A DNA stretch of 63,997 nucleotides, the filler included, from Circinaria calcarea (Eukaryota): NCBI GenBank assembly GCA_051942165.1. It is 25 parts of 25 records of this genome, joined end to end, with 100 filler letters (N's around TTAATTAATTAA, not from the genome) between each part and the next. Parts side by side here need not be neighbours in the genome. Positions count along the whole stretch, not along the records: positions 25,758 to 28,223 come from JAVECS010003507.1; positions 28,324 to 30,788 come from JAVECS010003508.1; positions 30,889 to 33,351 come from JAVECS010003509.1; positions 33,452 to 35,914 come from JAVECS010003510.1; positions 36,015 to 38,475 come from JAVECS010003511.1; positions 38,576 to 41,036 come from JAVECS010003512.1; 19 more parts are not named here. The stretch is one strand, 5' to 3'. A program made the translations under genes and the position numbers. Positions 26,301-39,229 of this stretch are shown piece by piece (within the stretch, counting starts at the first letter, position 1; the number at the start of each line of letters is the position of its first letter). The notes below the pieces were generated by a model. It saw nothing but the letters and a program-made list of their open reading frames with translations. It did no database searches and was not told the DNA's origin.

Positions 26301-27283
26301 TAAAGTCATCTGTGGAGAGTAGTCCTCTAACTTACCAAGTGAAATGGTGAATGGCTTTCCAATTGCAGATTGTCTCGTTTCCTGTACATACACGATTATG
26401 GGATGTCCAGTGAAATCGTGTCACAATAGCGGAATAAGGCTAGACGTTGGAAGAAAACACTAGTGCTACCAGTAACCTTGATGCCTCACTACCGCCAATC
26501 GCCCCAATTTTCCTTTTTATCTTTCAGCCTGCAGTACTTTAGTCTGACGAGTTGGCAAATATTCATTCATCCGAATTCCAACAGTGGCTCCATTGGTTGC
26601 TGCTGGCAAAATGTCAGAGGATGGGGCGTGGCAGCGTTGCGTGCCTGCAAGGTGCTCCAGATCGCGGGACTAGGAGTGAAATGAGCCAGGATCGAATTAC
26701 AGAGGAACCATAACGGATGGCCCTTGCCATTATCGAGTATACGGCACGAGAATGCTTCGCGCTGGACGGAGACGGGAACGGCCAGGTAGTTAATCACCAG
26801 CCCTGCCACCGTATGTACGTGTATGCGTGGCGGCCGTTTTGCGCAGTCAGCACTAAAGGATGGCTATCTCTGCATCTTAGGGAGCGAGGCGAGGCCTTTA
26901 TGAAGGTGGGTAGGGTGGGCTGAGAAAAAAGCGGAACGTCGGGCGCGATGAAGAAGAATGTGCGGTTTACATCCTATGCCATGAGACTGGCAGGGCGCAG
27001 GGTTGGGCAAGGAGGTCGAGGGAGAAGGAGCTGCATGTTTGTATGTGGTCGCAAATGAGGGGGATTTCAAAATGGAGAGGAGGGATATGAGAATGGGTGG
27101 GTGAATTCAAGGCGGAGGGGTGGGAAGACATATCTGTGGTAGATAGATCAAGGATCAGATTTACGGACAGGTGAGCTGGATATTAGGTCTGCAATGGAGA
27201 AGAATTGATAAAATCCTTTATATTCCATTATTATTCTAATTCTGTCCATCATCCATAATGAGAGAAACCCTTCTCGCTCCGCT

Positions 27284-28223
27284 TCAATGCCGAGACTTTA
27301 GACCGACTCTTGATAGCGATGCTAGATTACCTTGTTTGGATGTGGACAGGCCATGTCCAATGCGATGATACGCTCCATCTTTATTAGCATTAAAACAGAT
27401 CCTGTCATGGTGTAGTCGGTCCCTTGTGATTATTACCGCTCGGCTACGATTCCAGTAATCTTGACGCTCCTTTTCTGACTGAGATACCAAGTGGGTATCC
27501 TTTTCAGACTCCTCACTTAAGAAGACTCTCATCGTCCCTATTTTTCCTAGAAGCTCGGGTCGAAGAAGACCACCCTTCAAGCTCATTTCGAAGTTCTGTT
27601 GCGCTGTCGATGATTGGGTGTATGGAGTCGTAAATGGAATCAAACTCCTTTGTAGAAACGACAGAGGGCCCAAGTCAAATCTAGCAAATGTAAATCGGGT
27701 TCCGCACATCTTTTCAAAACCCAGCGTCGTCTTCTCGGAATTGTAGTGGATTAGATGACCCCAGCCACTCTAAAAGTATAACTTTTACCAACTGTGGACG
27801 GTGCGGCTAGGGTCGATGCATTTGATGGTATCCGTAGATTTAGTGATGGAAAGTCCCTTTGGCGCCTTTCGTACACATTCCAAAGGCCACATAGATGGGA
27901 TTGCTTGCACAGTCGGCATGTGGCTCAAAGATTTCCCCGCTGAAGAAGCCCGAGTTAACTTCAATTAGTCGATGTCCTCTGGGCCGGTAATATTTCGTAG
28001 GGAACTCAGAGCACTTTGCTAGGACATCTGCGTGGAAATGAGGGTTAGTGTTGAGTACTGTTGCAGAGCAAATCAAGGCAGTTGGAGTAGGGGATACTGA
28101 CTTCCAACGTAGAAAGCATAACTGCTAGGATTGAGGATAGACATCGTGCTACCAAGTCCCATTACACCATTCACATCGTACACCTCCGGTTGCAACTTTG
28201 GAGCCCCAAGATACATATACACC
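27284..28223 (-). pseudogene. Possible degenerate gene of unknown function
   Basis: 141-aa and 78-aa ORFs on the same strand with intron-like signals (gtcagt...ctaac...cag) and intervening stops; no family recognised. Confidence 0.25.
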
Positions 28224-30888
28224 NNNNNNNNNNNNNNNNNNNNNNNNNNNNNNNNNNNNNNNNNNNNTTAATTAATTAANNNNNNNNNNNNNNNNNNNNN
28301 NNNNNNNNNNNNNNNNNNNNNNNGGGGGGAGGTTGGGATTTTGGTCTCTTTGACGGGTTGGAGGTGGTAGATCAGACACCGGGATCTGCATCAACTACTG
28401 TGGTCGCAGGCATAATAGACGTTGGCGTGGTTTATTACAATCATCATAGAAGGCCCAAACGACAGTGGGGTTTCAAACAGAAAGCTGGAGATACATCGGA
28501 GGATACCTTCCATATTACACCTCATCTCCCTGAGAATATACACAGCCTTTGCCGAGGATACCGGGATTGATCGAAGTCCGCAATGACATCTATTATGCCG
28601 GCCGACCACAGTATGCCGACCTACTCACGCTTACCCGTCCTCCAGCCTCATTTCCCTTTCTAGACCCTTCCATTAGGCCCACCGATAATGACGGTAAGCC
28701 GGGACGATCTATCGATAACGCGGCCCAAGCAGGGGATCCAATCGCTCCACTGATCTCCACCGCATGCAATAATCGTCCGCAGCGTGCAGCACGCCTTAAG
28801 CCATTGGGGAACCAAGTCGAAGGAGAACGAGCCGACTTGCGACCGCCGCTCATCTCGTAGCTAGAAGTATGTTTCCAAAGGCACCCAGTGAAATCATGGA
28901 ACTGGCAATTCTCAAGGATCCGCTCTGCTCTAGGTAAACGCCGTCCGTCAGGAAGACTTTTCCCATTGCCGTGGATGGCGATGGTGCAATGTCGAAGGAT
29001 TCCCCGTGGATCCGGTGGACTCAACAATAAAGCCGTTGCGCTGGGAGTCTAAGGAAACCGCTGAGGCTTTTACAGTAACGAGGGCACACCACCAAGCCAG
29101 GCCTGCATTATTGGTTTAACGCCCACCTCTAGTGTCAGTTGCCACGCACGCAATCGAACCTCATGTTGCTCAACGAGAGCGGGGGAGTCGTGGAGAACAT
29201 GAAAGCCTTGCTGCGCGATTTTTACTGCTGTACCGCATCGCTTGTGAATCGCTCCGGCTGGACACATACTCGTGTCCGGAAAGGCGTATATCTTTGGGAC
29301 CCCAACTCCTCATGTAGGAATTAGTGCCTTTGCGCCCGAGTTTTCTATTCTGGACGTTCCATTGCATGAACAATATCATCCCACATACTCCGTACAGGAA
29401 GACTGCTAACGGTGCTATACCTTACTTCTGCATCGTAACCGAACACGAAGGTAGTAAGAATAAGAGCTCTCTTGCGCGCAAAAGAGCGCTTCTCCGCGAC
29501 TCTTTTCGGTCTTCCACGGAGTATACTATTCTTATTTAAGCATCAGGCCTTGGCTTCAGGTACCCAGCTGCCAGAAAGACTTGGCTGCCAATGATCGTCA
29601 AGCTTATCCCTGTCACTTTGACCTAGCGCCAGGGGTGCCAGGGGTAAAGTGCTTCATGTGCGTAATCATGGCCAGGGACGGAGCCGAGATTTGTTGGAAT
29701 TGGCGAGATCCACTTCCCGAGCCTTTTTGCGCCGAAAGCAGAACCAGAAAGGAAATTAACTGTTGGACGACTTGGGACAGCCTACCCGATCGATGACCGT
29801 CCTCGTGTCGTTGCAATTTACAAAAAGGCAGCTTGAACATGACGGCGACCATTCCTATGGGATGCCCCGGGCTATGGCGGTGCTTCCTCACCGCGAAAAT
29901 TCTGCTCCGCATCTCTGCAGCAATGGCACAGTGTGCCAATGAAGTGTCTGGCTTACAGTGTCAGCGTTAGAGTGAGCCTGCCGGTCACACTGGTCAGACT
30001 TTAGAGCTCCCTCCCAGAACTCCTGTAGCTAGATCGACCGGGACAACAGGGGCATGGGGTAACGGAGAAGCAGAGGCATAGAATAAGAAACTGCTGTCCA
30101 TCCCTTCCCGTATTGCAGCTTTTCCTCCTTCGTACGTGCTCACACATCCATTGCCAGTCATTCCTTTCGGTAGCATTGCAATCAGACCACAGCCCCAGTC
30201 AACGACCTCACTGTCCTTACGCATCACGAATCAAGCTCCCCCCTTTCCCGCCACCTATCGTCTACGTACCTATTCCCTATCCCATTATTAGCTTCCAGCG
30301 TCCACCTAGACCGGCAGTATCCCCTGGACGGGTTTTTCTCCTTGATTGTAACTGGTGAGCTGCAGTCGTTTGTTTTTGCGCTCGATTCGACTCCGGTCTG
30401 TTGTTTTAGTGTTTATCTTTTTTAAATATGCTCTGTCTCGAACTGGAATGTATTGGGTCAGGTCTCAACCTCGATGAATTATGATTATGATGGTTGCGGC
30501 CCTAGAAAAGGGCCGCGAATTGTTCCGACTGCACGTACCAGCCACACTCAACATGGCCACCGACAATTTCACGGCGTTTGGCGTTCGCGTTCCTCAATCT
30601 CTCAGTGCCCCGTTCCTTTTTTTCATTTTCTTCCACCTCCATCACCACACCACATTCATTGTAACACAGACATTCCTCTGCTTCAGCAGCACTCCTTACG
30701 ACCTGGAAGTCTTGCACTCCCTACCACATTCTTTTGGAGACTATCTCAAACAACAACTTACTCAACCTTCAGCAAGTCGGTTCCGATCNNNNNNNNNNNN
30801 NNNNNNNNNNNNNNNNNNNNNNNNNNNNNNNNTTAATTAATTAANNNNNNNNNNNNNNNNNNNNNNNNNNNNNNNNNNNNNNNNNNNN

Positions 30889-32404
30889 ATTACCTAGCGC
30901 AACACCATTTGCATCTGATCTATCACCGATAAATTCCGCATTGGCCCCGCCATCAGCGAGTGACTACGTTGTTTCCGCAATTAGCGAGTGACTTGGCAAC
31001 AGATCGGTTAGGGGGAGCATCACCTACATGTCGACATTAGCCCGGCCGGGAAGGAACACTCTCGATGTCTGCGTTGAAGCACGAATCGTTTTAGCTAAAA
31101 ACAACCACCCCTTCCGAGAATCTTGGCGTCCACCCCAGGCGTATTTCTTGGGAAATTGACACCCTCATATGAGCACGCAAATGCAAGTGCCTCAATCTGT
31201 ATCGTTCTCACGGCAAAACAGCCGAGTAAGATTATAGATTTACTCTCCAAGCGCGTCTGGTACCGACTTGAAAGATGTTGGGGAGCTGGTCAAAATTCCG
31301 AAACGCTACCCGTTTCCGTCCCCTACTATAGAGGTTTGGACTCTTGGACCCGAAGTTAGAGATTCCGCGTATTACGGTTTCTACGGTTTCGACCAAGGAA
31401 AAGTGAAAAGCAACACTATAATGCGATTTCGGCGGTGAGATATTCTACACCTCGTCTTAGTTATGGTACTCGTTGTACAAAACTCGCAGTTTCCAACCTC
31501 TCCCGCGCAAAAACATCTCGTGTAGGGCACCGCTTGTCCTCGTCCCGCAATCTTACGTATTTGTACACGATTCCTAGTTCTCCCGGTACGGGTTTTTTTA
31601 TCGTATCGTATTAAAAATAAGCTCAGATTCCGACCCTCCCTTTTTTTCATCCATTACTACCAGACTATCGAACCGCCCATTTATTGGGGACAGAGTCTAG
31701 GGCGCGGAACAGAAAATCCAAAGTCTGAATCTCGTCTCGATGTCTAGGCTCCTTTATGTTAAGTCGGGATCCGTTGTTTTGGGGTTATATTACATTAGGG
31801 TGATTGGATTTTTTTTTGGGAAAAAAAAACAGAGGATTGAGGGAAAAGAAGTGGGGAGTTGGAAGAAACATTGCATAGATGATATAATGATAAACGTGTT
31901 AAAAGGTATAGCAAGGAAGGGCTTAAGCAATGCATTTAAACGGTATTCGATGTGTACGCAATAGTCGATATATTGTGTAATATGTACTTAAGATATATAG
32001 TTCGCAAAGTGCGAAGCCAAGGGGAAAACTCTGTAACCCACGCTAGTACTAATGCGGGCAGTACAGAACTTCTGTATAATATACGGTATGCTTGGCTCTC
32101 TATTTAATAAAACGGGGTGATTGCGTTCTACATATAAATATATAACATAGGAAGGTAAATAAGCGTAATGTATATACGCTTTTATTCTACTTATTCGGGC
32201 AAGCCAAGGGCCAAGGGGGCGATACATTCGATTCTATTTCAATCAATTCAGAAGTTCAAAAACTCGATTGATTGATTGATTGCATTCCTATGCCAGCTTT
32301 CTCAATCTTTACCCTTCTTTTCTAGGCCGGTGAACTTGGTCTTTCCATCTGCATTTCGACTCGGAGGGTTTCCCCCACACTTATCCCCACCTTAGCTACT
32401 GGTA
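30889..32404. repeat. Unclassified ~1.5-kb dispersed repeat, copy 1 (runs off contig start)
   Basis: Reverse complement of ~54908-56382; terminal 141 bp identical, the rest differs mostly by transitions. Confidence 0.95.
31897..32109. mobile_element. Solo LTR, family C (213 bp), nested in repeat copy 1
   Basis: TGTTAAA...TTTAATA ends (terminal CA changed to TA); TSD AAACG at 31892-31896 and 32110-32114; absent from copy 2. Confidence 0.9.
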
Positions 32405-32479
32405 ACGTGCGCGAGCGCGCAAAGCCCTGAAACGAGATTACGTTTCGCTACGAGCTTTGTTACTATAGCCTGTAATTAA

Positions 32480-32920
32480 AGAAGCTATTATAACATGCTG
32501 CAGCAGTAGTAGCATGCAGCAGCAGCAAGAGCATGCGACACACACATAGCACGCAAGCGTAGCATGAGAGAAGAAAAAAAGGCATGCAGGCATAGCATAG
32601 CAAAATAGCTATAGCTGCAGCATGCCATAAACATGAAGCTGCAGAGTAATAAAAGCCACCATATAGCATAGCTATAGCATCGAGCTTGCTGCAGAGCGAG
32701 TATGAAGCTGTAGCGAAAGTATATAGCTTATAGCAAGCATTCAAAATCCCATAGCGTAGCAATTGACACGCCAGCACAGTAACAGAGAAGATTCACGCAA
32801 TATAGTATAGCAAGGATATAAAGCTTGCCTGCTGCTATGACCCAGTACTCAGTAAAGGCATATATAATAATAATAGAAGAGCAGCAGAGCAGAGCAGACT
32901 TAGCAGAATCATTTATAATA
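32480..32920. repeat. Low-complexity GCATAGCA/GCATGCAG-rich tract
   Basis: Repeated AGCAT/GCAG motifs; composition resembles 59039-59196. Confidence 0.6.
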
Positions 32921-32923
32921 GCT

Positions 32924-33154
32924 TGTAAAGGCTCTACTCGAGAACCCCTACGAACCCTACGGGTGAACTATACACCGAGGTCACCGAGGTATTGGCTTTA
33001 TAATAGCGAGGAAGGTTTTCCTCGCGAAGCGTTACACCAGAATTCTTTTAGCAAATAATTCATACGCTATGCGAACCCATTCGAGCTCATTATCACACAA
33101 TTTACCGACCCTTGTTCGTAAGATCATCATATTATTCGTAGAGGATTCTTTACA
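32924..33154. mobile_element. LTR, family A copy 2 (231 bp)
   Basis: TGTAAAG...CTTTACA; aligns end to end with 19492-19711; flanks TAGCT/TGGTT fit a TGGCT TSD with one transition in each copy. Confidence 0.9.
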
Positions 33155-33196
33155 TGGTTAAATTTTTCTTAGTAAAATTCCATTAATAAGGGGTTT

Positions 33197-33226
33197 AAAC
33201 CCAAACCCAAACCCAAACCCAAACCC
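33197..33226. repeat. (AAACCC)5 hexamer array
   Basis: Five exact units, preceded by GGGGTTT. Confidence 0.9.
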
Positions 33227-35062
33227 TAGGCCAAAAAAACCCGTGAAAACCTAACCCCGTGGTGCAGCGTAAAATTCTGTCCCCGGGCCCCCCGTATTTT
33301 TATTTTCTATATGCTATTCTCTTACCCACCCTCCCACCGGACCCACGGTACNNNNNNNNNNNNNNNNNNNNNNNNNNNNNNNNNNNNNNNNNNNNTTAAT
33401 TAATTAANNNNNNNNNNNNNNNNNNNNNNNNNNNNNNNNNNNNNNNNNNNNCCGCTCTTTTCCGTCGGTTTGATATGGCACTGTACGAAACAGATCTTAC
33501 CGATGTTGACATGGAACGTGACTGGTTCATTCCGCAGCCCAGATGGAACAGCAAAGGTGTGAGAGCCAAGGTGGTGAGTCGAGTGGAGTAAAACGACAAT
33601 GGTGGGAAATCTAGGAGTTTAGTGTGGTTTCCATACAAGTCCTGCTACATGTATCTACTCCCGCTAGCAGTATCAAAGTGTTTGAGTAGGGAGACGATTG
33701 GAACCCGAAAGAGGTGCCGTACAGACTTTGGCTGACATCCAAATACACCACCATGATTAGGACATATGCAAGAAATGTTCAGCCCCCAGTATCCGTTGAT
33801 AGCTACAGACACCAACGTTGATTCTATGGGTCAAGTCGATCGAGTGCGGCATTGCAGTGGCTATGCTTGAGGACTTCGAGGTGGTAATGCCCTAGATGCC
33901 GCTTCCATTGCCCCTTTGTTTTGATTTGCGTAAAGGCTTTCTGCCCAGCTTCTTAAGCATCCCACCACATGTCCCTCTCCGCGGGCGCTGGTGTCCAAAA
34001 AAGGAATATGCAATTTGGGCGAGCAGTTGCTCCGAATTCATGATCGGTGAGTGTTACGGCATGAATACACCACCACCCCTACTCCGTCTACTGGAAGGAG
34101 GGGCCTCGAGAGCAGGATATCACGTACTCAAGCAACCCTTCGATCCTTGCAGATAACTTAGCGGAATCCCAGAGGATCCGGGGGCTGACGCAACACCGAA
34201 CGCGCAGCATTTGCAGTTGTACCCTTTGATGTCTAAATGTTGTATGTATTATATAAGATATTTAGAGCTGCCTAGACTAAATTAGGACGTGTCACGGCGA
34301 GATCACCTCCACGAATCGCAGAATTTCTCATGTTTCGAGATAAGGTAGTATGGTAAGCGAGGGGTGAGCTACTGCCAATTGGAAGCTGCAAACCTTACCA
34401 TATGGTAAGCCACCGACCGGGGGCCGAGCTATCAAGGCTCGATTCGAAGGGGTATTCCGGACGACTACGCCTGATAGAGGATTGTGCTACTCCATATCCT
34501 GCAAGGTAAGTTTGCACCTATTTGCGGCTGAGATTCGTGGTTGCGTCAAATGCAACTTTAATCATGTTGTTGATTATCAATCAGCGGTCGAGGCCCATAT
34601 CGAATGTCTCATTCGACCATCAATGAAGGTGACTCAGCTTACCGCCGCGTTCGTCTTCAGCCATCGAGAGCCCCATGCATGTTAGGGAAATTGGGAAAGG
34701 GGAAGGTGATCCAGTCAAGGCGACACGGTGGCACGTACGGAGGATTTACTGCATATAGGCTGCATACCACTAATGCTAGCCAGATCACACACGTTTTCAC
34801 CTTCGTTTCTGTGGGTGAAAATCCCCGACAAGCCCCTCCATGTAACATGTTTGATTACAACGAATCTTTTCGTCGGACAAGCCGTTTGTAACCAACGTAA
34901 CCGGTATTATTGGTGCCTGTATTATTCAACACCAAACAGGCCCCCCCTTGCGATAGCGAGAGTGAGTCTCCAGCAATACGTAGAGATATCAAAATCAAGA
35001 GCTTTATCACTTCATTCGGGAATTCATCCATTCTCGTATTTACCTAGCATCTTTCTCATTGC

Positions 35063-35914
35063 TTAAAGACTGTGCGTAACCGGACCCGCCATCCTATCTT
35101 TGAACTCAACCATCGGACCCTCGGACACACTTACAAACTTGTCCCAAAGCTGAAATTCCGCCTTCTTTTCTCGCCCCCAGCCCAGTCCCTTTCTGCCCTC
35201 GCCCAAGCTGGACCCAGGTTGCAAACGCCACTCGTACTTCCACACCAATCTCGCCAACGTCAATGCCAGCTCCTGATAAGCCAAAGTTTTCCCTACACAG
35301 CTCGTTCGGCCATATCCGAAGACACTAAACGCAGAGCGCGCATGGTTCACGTTTTCCTGTGCCGTGCCGTCTTGCCCTACGATCCATCGAGAGGGTTTGA
35401 AAGTCCAAGGCTCTGGGAAGTTATCCTCGTTGTGGTGTAGGGCATAAATTGGTACACCAACATCAACGCCTTTAGGAAGATGAACACCATCGACATCAAT
35501 ACCGCCATGGAGAACTTCACGCGCTAACAGGCCGGGCACAGGGGATGAAAGTCGCATAGATTCGTCGAAGCAGGCGAAAAGATATCGACATGCACTTAGC
35601 TTGGTACCGATCCGAATATCTTCTAGGCTGGAAAACACACTGCGGATTTCCTCCTGCACTAAATTCAGTGACTCGGGATAATGCAGGAGATAAAATACCG
35701 TGGACGCCATTGCGGTGGCGGTAGCATCAGAACCAGCGATAATGAGCAGCCCAGCTTCGGAAACAAGCTCGACAGGTGTGTATTTGCGATCTGTTTCTGG
35801 GTCTCGTGCAGTTTCGAGGGCGGAGAAAATGTCGTTCATCTCAGATTTTTTCCCTTGAGCTATTCGCCATTCGGCTTGATCTTTACTAAGCCTTTGATAC
35901 TCGTAGGTTTCTTT
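35063..35914 (-). CDS. Cytochrome P450, C-terminal half
   Basis: I-helix AGSDAT, ExxR (ESMR), FKPSRW and heme motif FGYGRTSCVG; frame open to the contig end. Confidence 0.95.
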   Translation of the reverse strand, partial: KETYEYQRLSKDQAEWRIAQGKKSEMNDIFSALETARDPETDRKYTPVELVSEAGLLIIAGSDATATAMASTVFYLLHYPESLNLVQEEIRSVFSSLEDIRIGTKLSACRYLFACFDESMRLSSPVPGLLAREVLHGGIDVDGVHLPKGVDVGVPIYALHHNEDNFPEPWTFKPSRWIVGQDGTAQENVNHARSAFSVFGYGRTSCVGKTLAYQELALTLARLVWKYEWRLQPGSSLGEGRKGLGWGREKKAEFQLWDKFVSVSEGPMVEFKDRMAGPVTHSL

Positions 35915-36014
35915 NNNNNNNNNNNNNNNNNNNNNNNNNNNNNNNNNNNNNNNNNNNNTTAATTAATTAANNNNNNNNNNNNNNNNNNNNNNNNNNNNNN
36001 NNNNNNNNNNNNNN

Positions 36015-36319
36015 AGATGTTGCCCAACCTGATCAAGCTCGTATCGTGGGCTTGAATGCACATTTGTACTTGAAGGTTGGGGGTGCCGCATTGGTCAGTA
36101 TCAAGGCGAACTGTATCGACAGTACAGCTGCACCGGAAGCCGTGTTTGCAAGAGAGGTACAGAAGATGAGGGAGGAGAGGCTGAAGCCCTTGGAGCAACT
36201 GACCCTTGAACCTTTTGAGCGGGGTGAGTTGGGACATCTACTAGTCAAGGATATAGACTGACCGACTCGATATAGATCATTGCATTTTGGCCGCTAGATA
36301 TGTTCGCTCTGCTACTTAG
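36015..36319 (+). CDS. NOP1: Fibrillarin (rRNA 2'-O-methyltransferase), C-terminal fragment, intron ~36224-36275
   Basis: [20 protein letters not shown]...[39 protein letters not shown]. Confidence 0.97.
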
Positions 36320-37026
36320 TTATACAATCATAGCGTTTGATTTGTCCGTGGGGATACTGTTAATACTCCCATATCGATGGATAATATCCTCTGTTTGGCT
36401 TGTTGGCAAGAGCTGAGAGAGATCTAGACGGCTGAATGTAACTCACCTTGCTAACAAGAGTGCACAAGAGCTAAACCAGTAGCTTCTTCCATATCTTTCA
36501 ATGAAAATGCTACTAACTCGGTGGATTGTTCATGCCCCCAGCCCGGTTTGTATGAACCCAACTCTCATGCGAATGCGTTAGTCATTGCTACATTAGTGGT
36601 TTCTGTAAATTTATATAACTACGTTCAAATATTATACTCAAGGTAGTAAGGGAGATAAGGTTAAAGGTAGTTACTTGTTGGAGCCATGGAATAAGAGCTG
36701 GGAATGGCAGAAGCAGTGAGATCATGCACTTTTGCCTTCTGTACTTAAAGTACTCTGTAGAAGGCACATCAAACCCTACGTGGAAATACTTTCCAAAGAA
36801 GATCAAAGGGTCACATCTGTTTCCTGTTCATTAGGTAGATAGACCTTTCTTGTCATTGCGCCTTCAGGTTTCTAGGCTGTAAGTCTCAACCCATTATCCC
36901 ATGAAAGGGTTTATGCTCAGCTGTCATAGTCTAGCTCGTAGAGGTGTTGAAGAAGCCCTCCTGCATTTCACTGTCTATTCCTGCTGTGCTAGGTGAACTC
37001 CCAATCGCTTGTATCACAGGACACTT

Positions 37027-38252
37027 CTATTTGCTGATAAATGCCTCGAGATCCAAACCACAAAGGCCCATTTCTGTGTTCGTGATTAAGGTTTCGATGT
37101 CTTTCTGAAGGTCGCACAGTTTGTGCTGACTTTGGTAGTGACCGTAATTCCTTTGGTATTGGGAAGCTGTATCGCAGAAATTGGCAGGCTTTATCGTGCG
37201 AACAAGCGAGGCGAAATCTTGGAATGATTGGCGCTTGAATAGCACATTGGGAGAAGTAAACAAATGCCTACACTTCAATCCTCGGGTCAAGGATCCAAGC
37301 ACCATAGCATCACAATTGGCGTTTCCAGCATGGCAGCGAACTGCAGGACCCTGATAAGTCTCCAAGTAGCTATGTAAGGTGTTGTAAACAGTCGAAAGAC
37401 CATTCCGCCTCTTCTCGTCAATCATATCTGTATAGAATTAGATATATGCTAATTCGGAGGGGACTTTGGCTCCTAATTACCAAAAACAGATTCCGGGATA
37501 GGAAGGTCGTTCCCATCATCCTCCCCTATTCTTGCTTTACTTTCTCGCTGGGCGATACGAGTCACAACCTTGAACTCTGTCGGCCTTGCGAAAACGTAGA
37601 AGATAGAAATCCAAGGAACCAAATCCTGGGTGAAGCTCTGAGGTATCTTGCCTTTGAGCGAGTCAATCCAGAATTCCGAATAGACACCTACCACTTTGTA
37701 CAGCTGGTACTTATCAACGAGAACTGCAAGTTGTGTAAGCATAGGGAGATCGACCTCGCGAGGAACTTGGGGGGTGTCGCCATGTATGATGTCAAGTAAG
37801 ACCAGTAGAGCAGCAGGATCATCATCTGGAAGTTGGAGTTCCAATGTCCCTGTGGAGCGGAGAGTGGCGCTTTCTTTGAAGTTGCGCGCCAACATAGCTT
37901 TGAAAACAGGGGATGCGAGGATCAAATGCTTCGATGATACACGTAGGCGTGTCTCTGAATAAGTCGAAAGACAATGGCCTATTTCTTGATTACCAGGAGC
38001 ACTTTCCTCCCCCTTTCTTGTTAGGTCTGCCTGGTCCTCGCCAGCGAGGGTGAAGATATGGCGCAGCGTATTATCTTCAGCAAGCATCTCGTCGGCTCCC
38101 TCGTCATCGATAAAGAGTTGCTCCGGTGTACTTGTTTCTGCCAATTCTCCGCGAGGCGAAGCTCCTTCAATCAGCCCATCGTCAATCTCCTCGGTTAGTA
38201 CCAAAACAACATCACCGTCAGGATCGAACACGCGGTTAATTGACGGTGTCAT
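37027..38252 (-). CDS. BTB/POZ-domain protein, one intron (~37428-37479)
   Basis: FDPDGDVVLVL...RVSSKHLILASPVFKAML..F.E...LPDDDPAALLVLLDIIHG...LAVLVDKY; second exon CDAMVLGSL. Confidence 0.92.
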
Positions 38253-38575
38253 AGTACATGCGCTCTGAAATGTGATGAAATGCTTCTGGTCACGTTGTGC
38301 CTGAGTATTGAAAAGGGATATCAAATGGGTTAAAACCTATCAAATTGCTATGGGCTTATAACTTTATTTATAATATAATTATAAATCTGCAGCTATTACT
38401 ATTAACCGTAATATCCTTTAAGGATGCCGCCCAAATTTAAGGTTCGCGCTATTATTATTTGCACGCGCTAGCGATNNNNNNNNNNNNNNNNNNNNNNNNN
38501 NNNNNNNNNNNNNNNNNNNTTAATTAATTAANNNNNNNNNNNNNNNNNNNNNNNNNNNNNNNNNNNNNNNNNNNN

Positions 38576-39229
38576 GATTACATGTTTGGAGATGGCCGAG
38601 CATGTAGGTGTACGGCATTTCTCGACTTTCCTGTCACAGGTGTACGATATGCTAGATGATGATGGAGTATTCTTCTTGCAGATTGCTGGTCTACGTAAAT
38701 GCTGGCAGTACGAAGATTTGATATGGGGTCTCTTCATGAATAAATACATTTTCCCAGGAGCGGATGCATCAACACCTCTTGGTTGGGTAGTGGATAAGCT
38801 GGAAGGAGCTGGCTTCGAAGTCAAGGGTGTAGATACCGTTGGCGTGCACTACTCTGCTACACTCTGGAGATGGTACCGGAATTGGATAGCAAACCGAGAA
38901 AAAGTCGACGCAAAGTATGGGAATCGGTGGTACAGAGTGAGTCATTGCAGAAACCAGGTGGGAGAGTACTGCCACTGACAATCGTCCTCCAGATCTGGGA
39001 GTATTTCCTTGCATATTCAACCATCATTTCCCGCCAAGGGTCCGCCACTTGCTTCCAAATCACCCTCGTCAAGAACATCAACTCTACGCACCGTGTCGAA
39101 GGTATCCCAAGTCAATTTGGACTCGAGGGTGCACTTGCAGCTTCGAAGGTTAATACGGCCGTTCGGCGTGCAAAGGATGTAAGTGGAGGATTGGAGGAAA
39201 AGGTGAGGAACGTGCTGAGGTCTAGCTGA
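38576..39229 (+). CDS. Sphingolipid C9-methyltransferase (CFA-synthase family), C-terminal part, intron ~38937-38992
   Basis: ITCLEMAEHVG...WQYEDLIWGLFMNKYIFPGADASTPL...GVHYSATLWRWYRNW...IWEYFLAYSTIISRQGSATCFQ. Confidence 0.93.

Noticed and set aside
23600..30788. Many 60-212 aa ORFs in contigs 10-12
   Set aside because: No family motifs; consistent with intergenic or decayed sequence, apart from one low-confidence pseudogene call.
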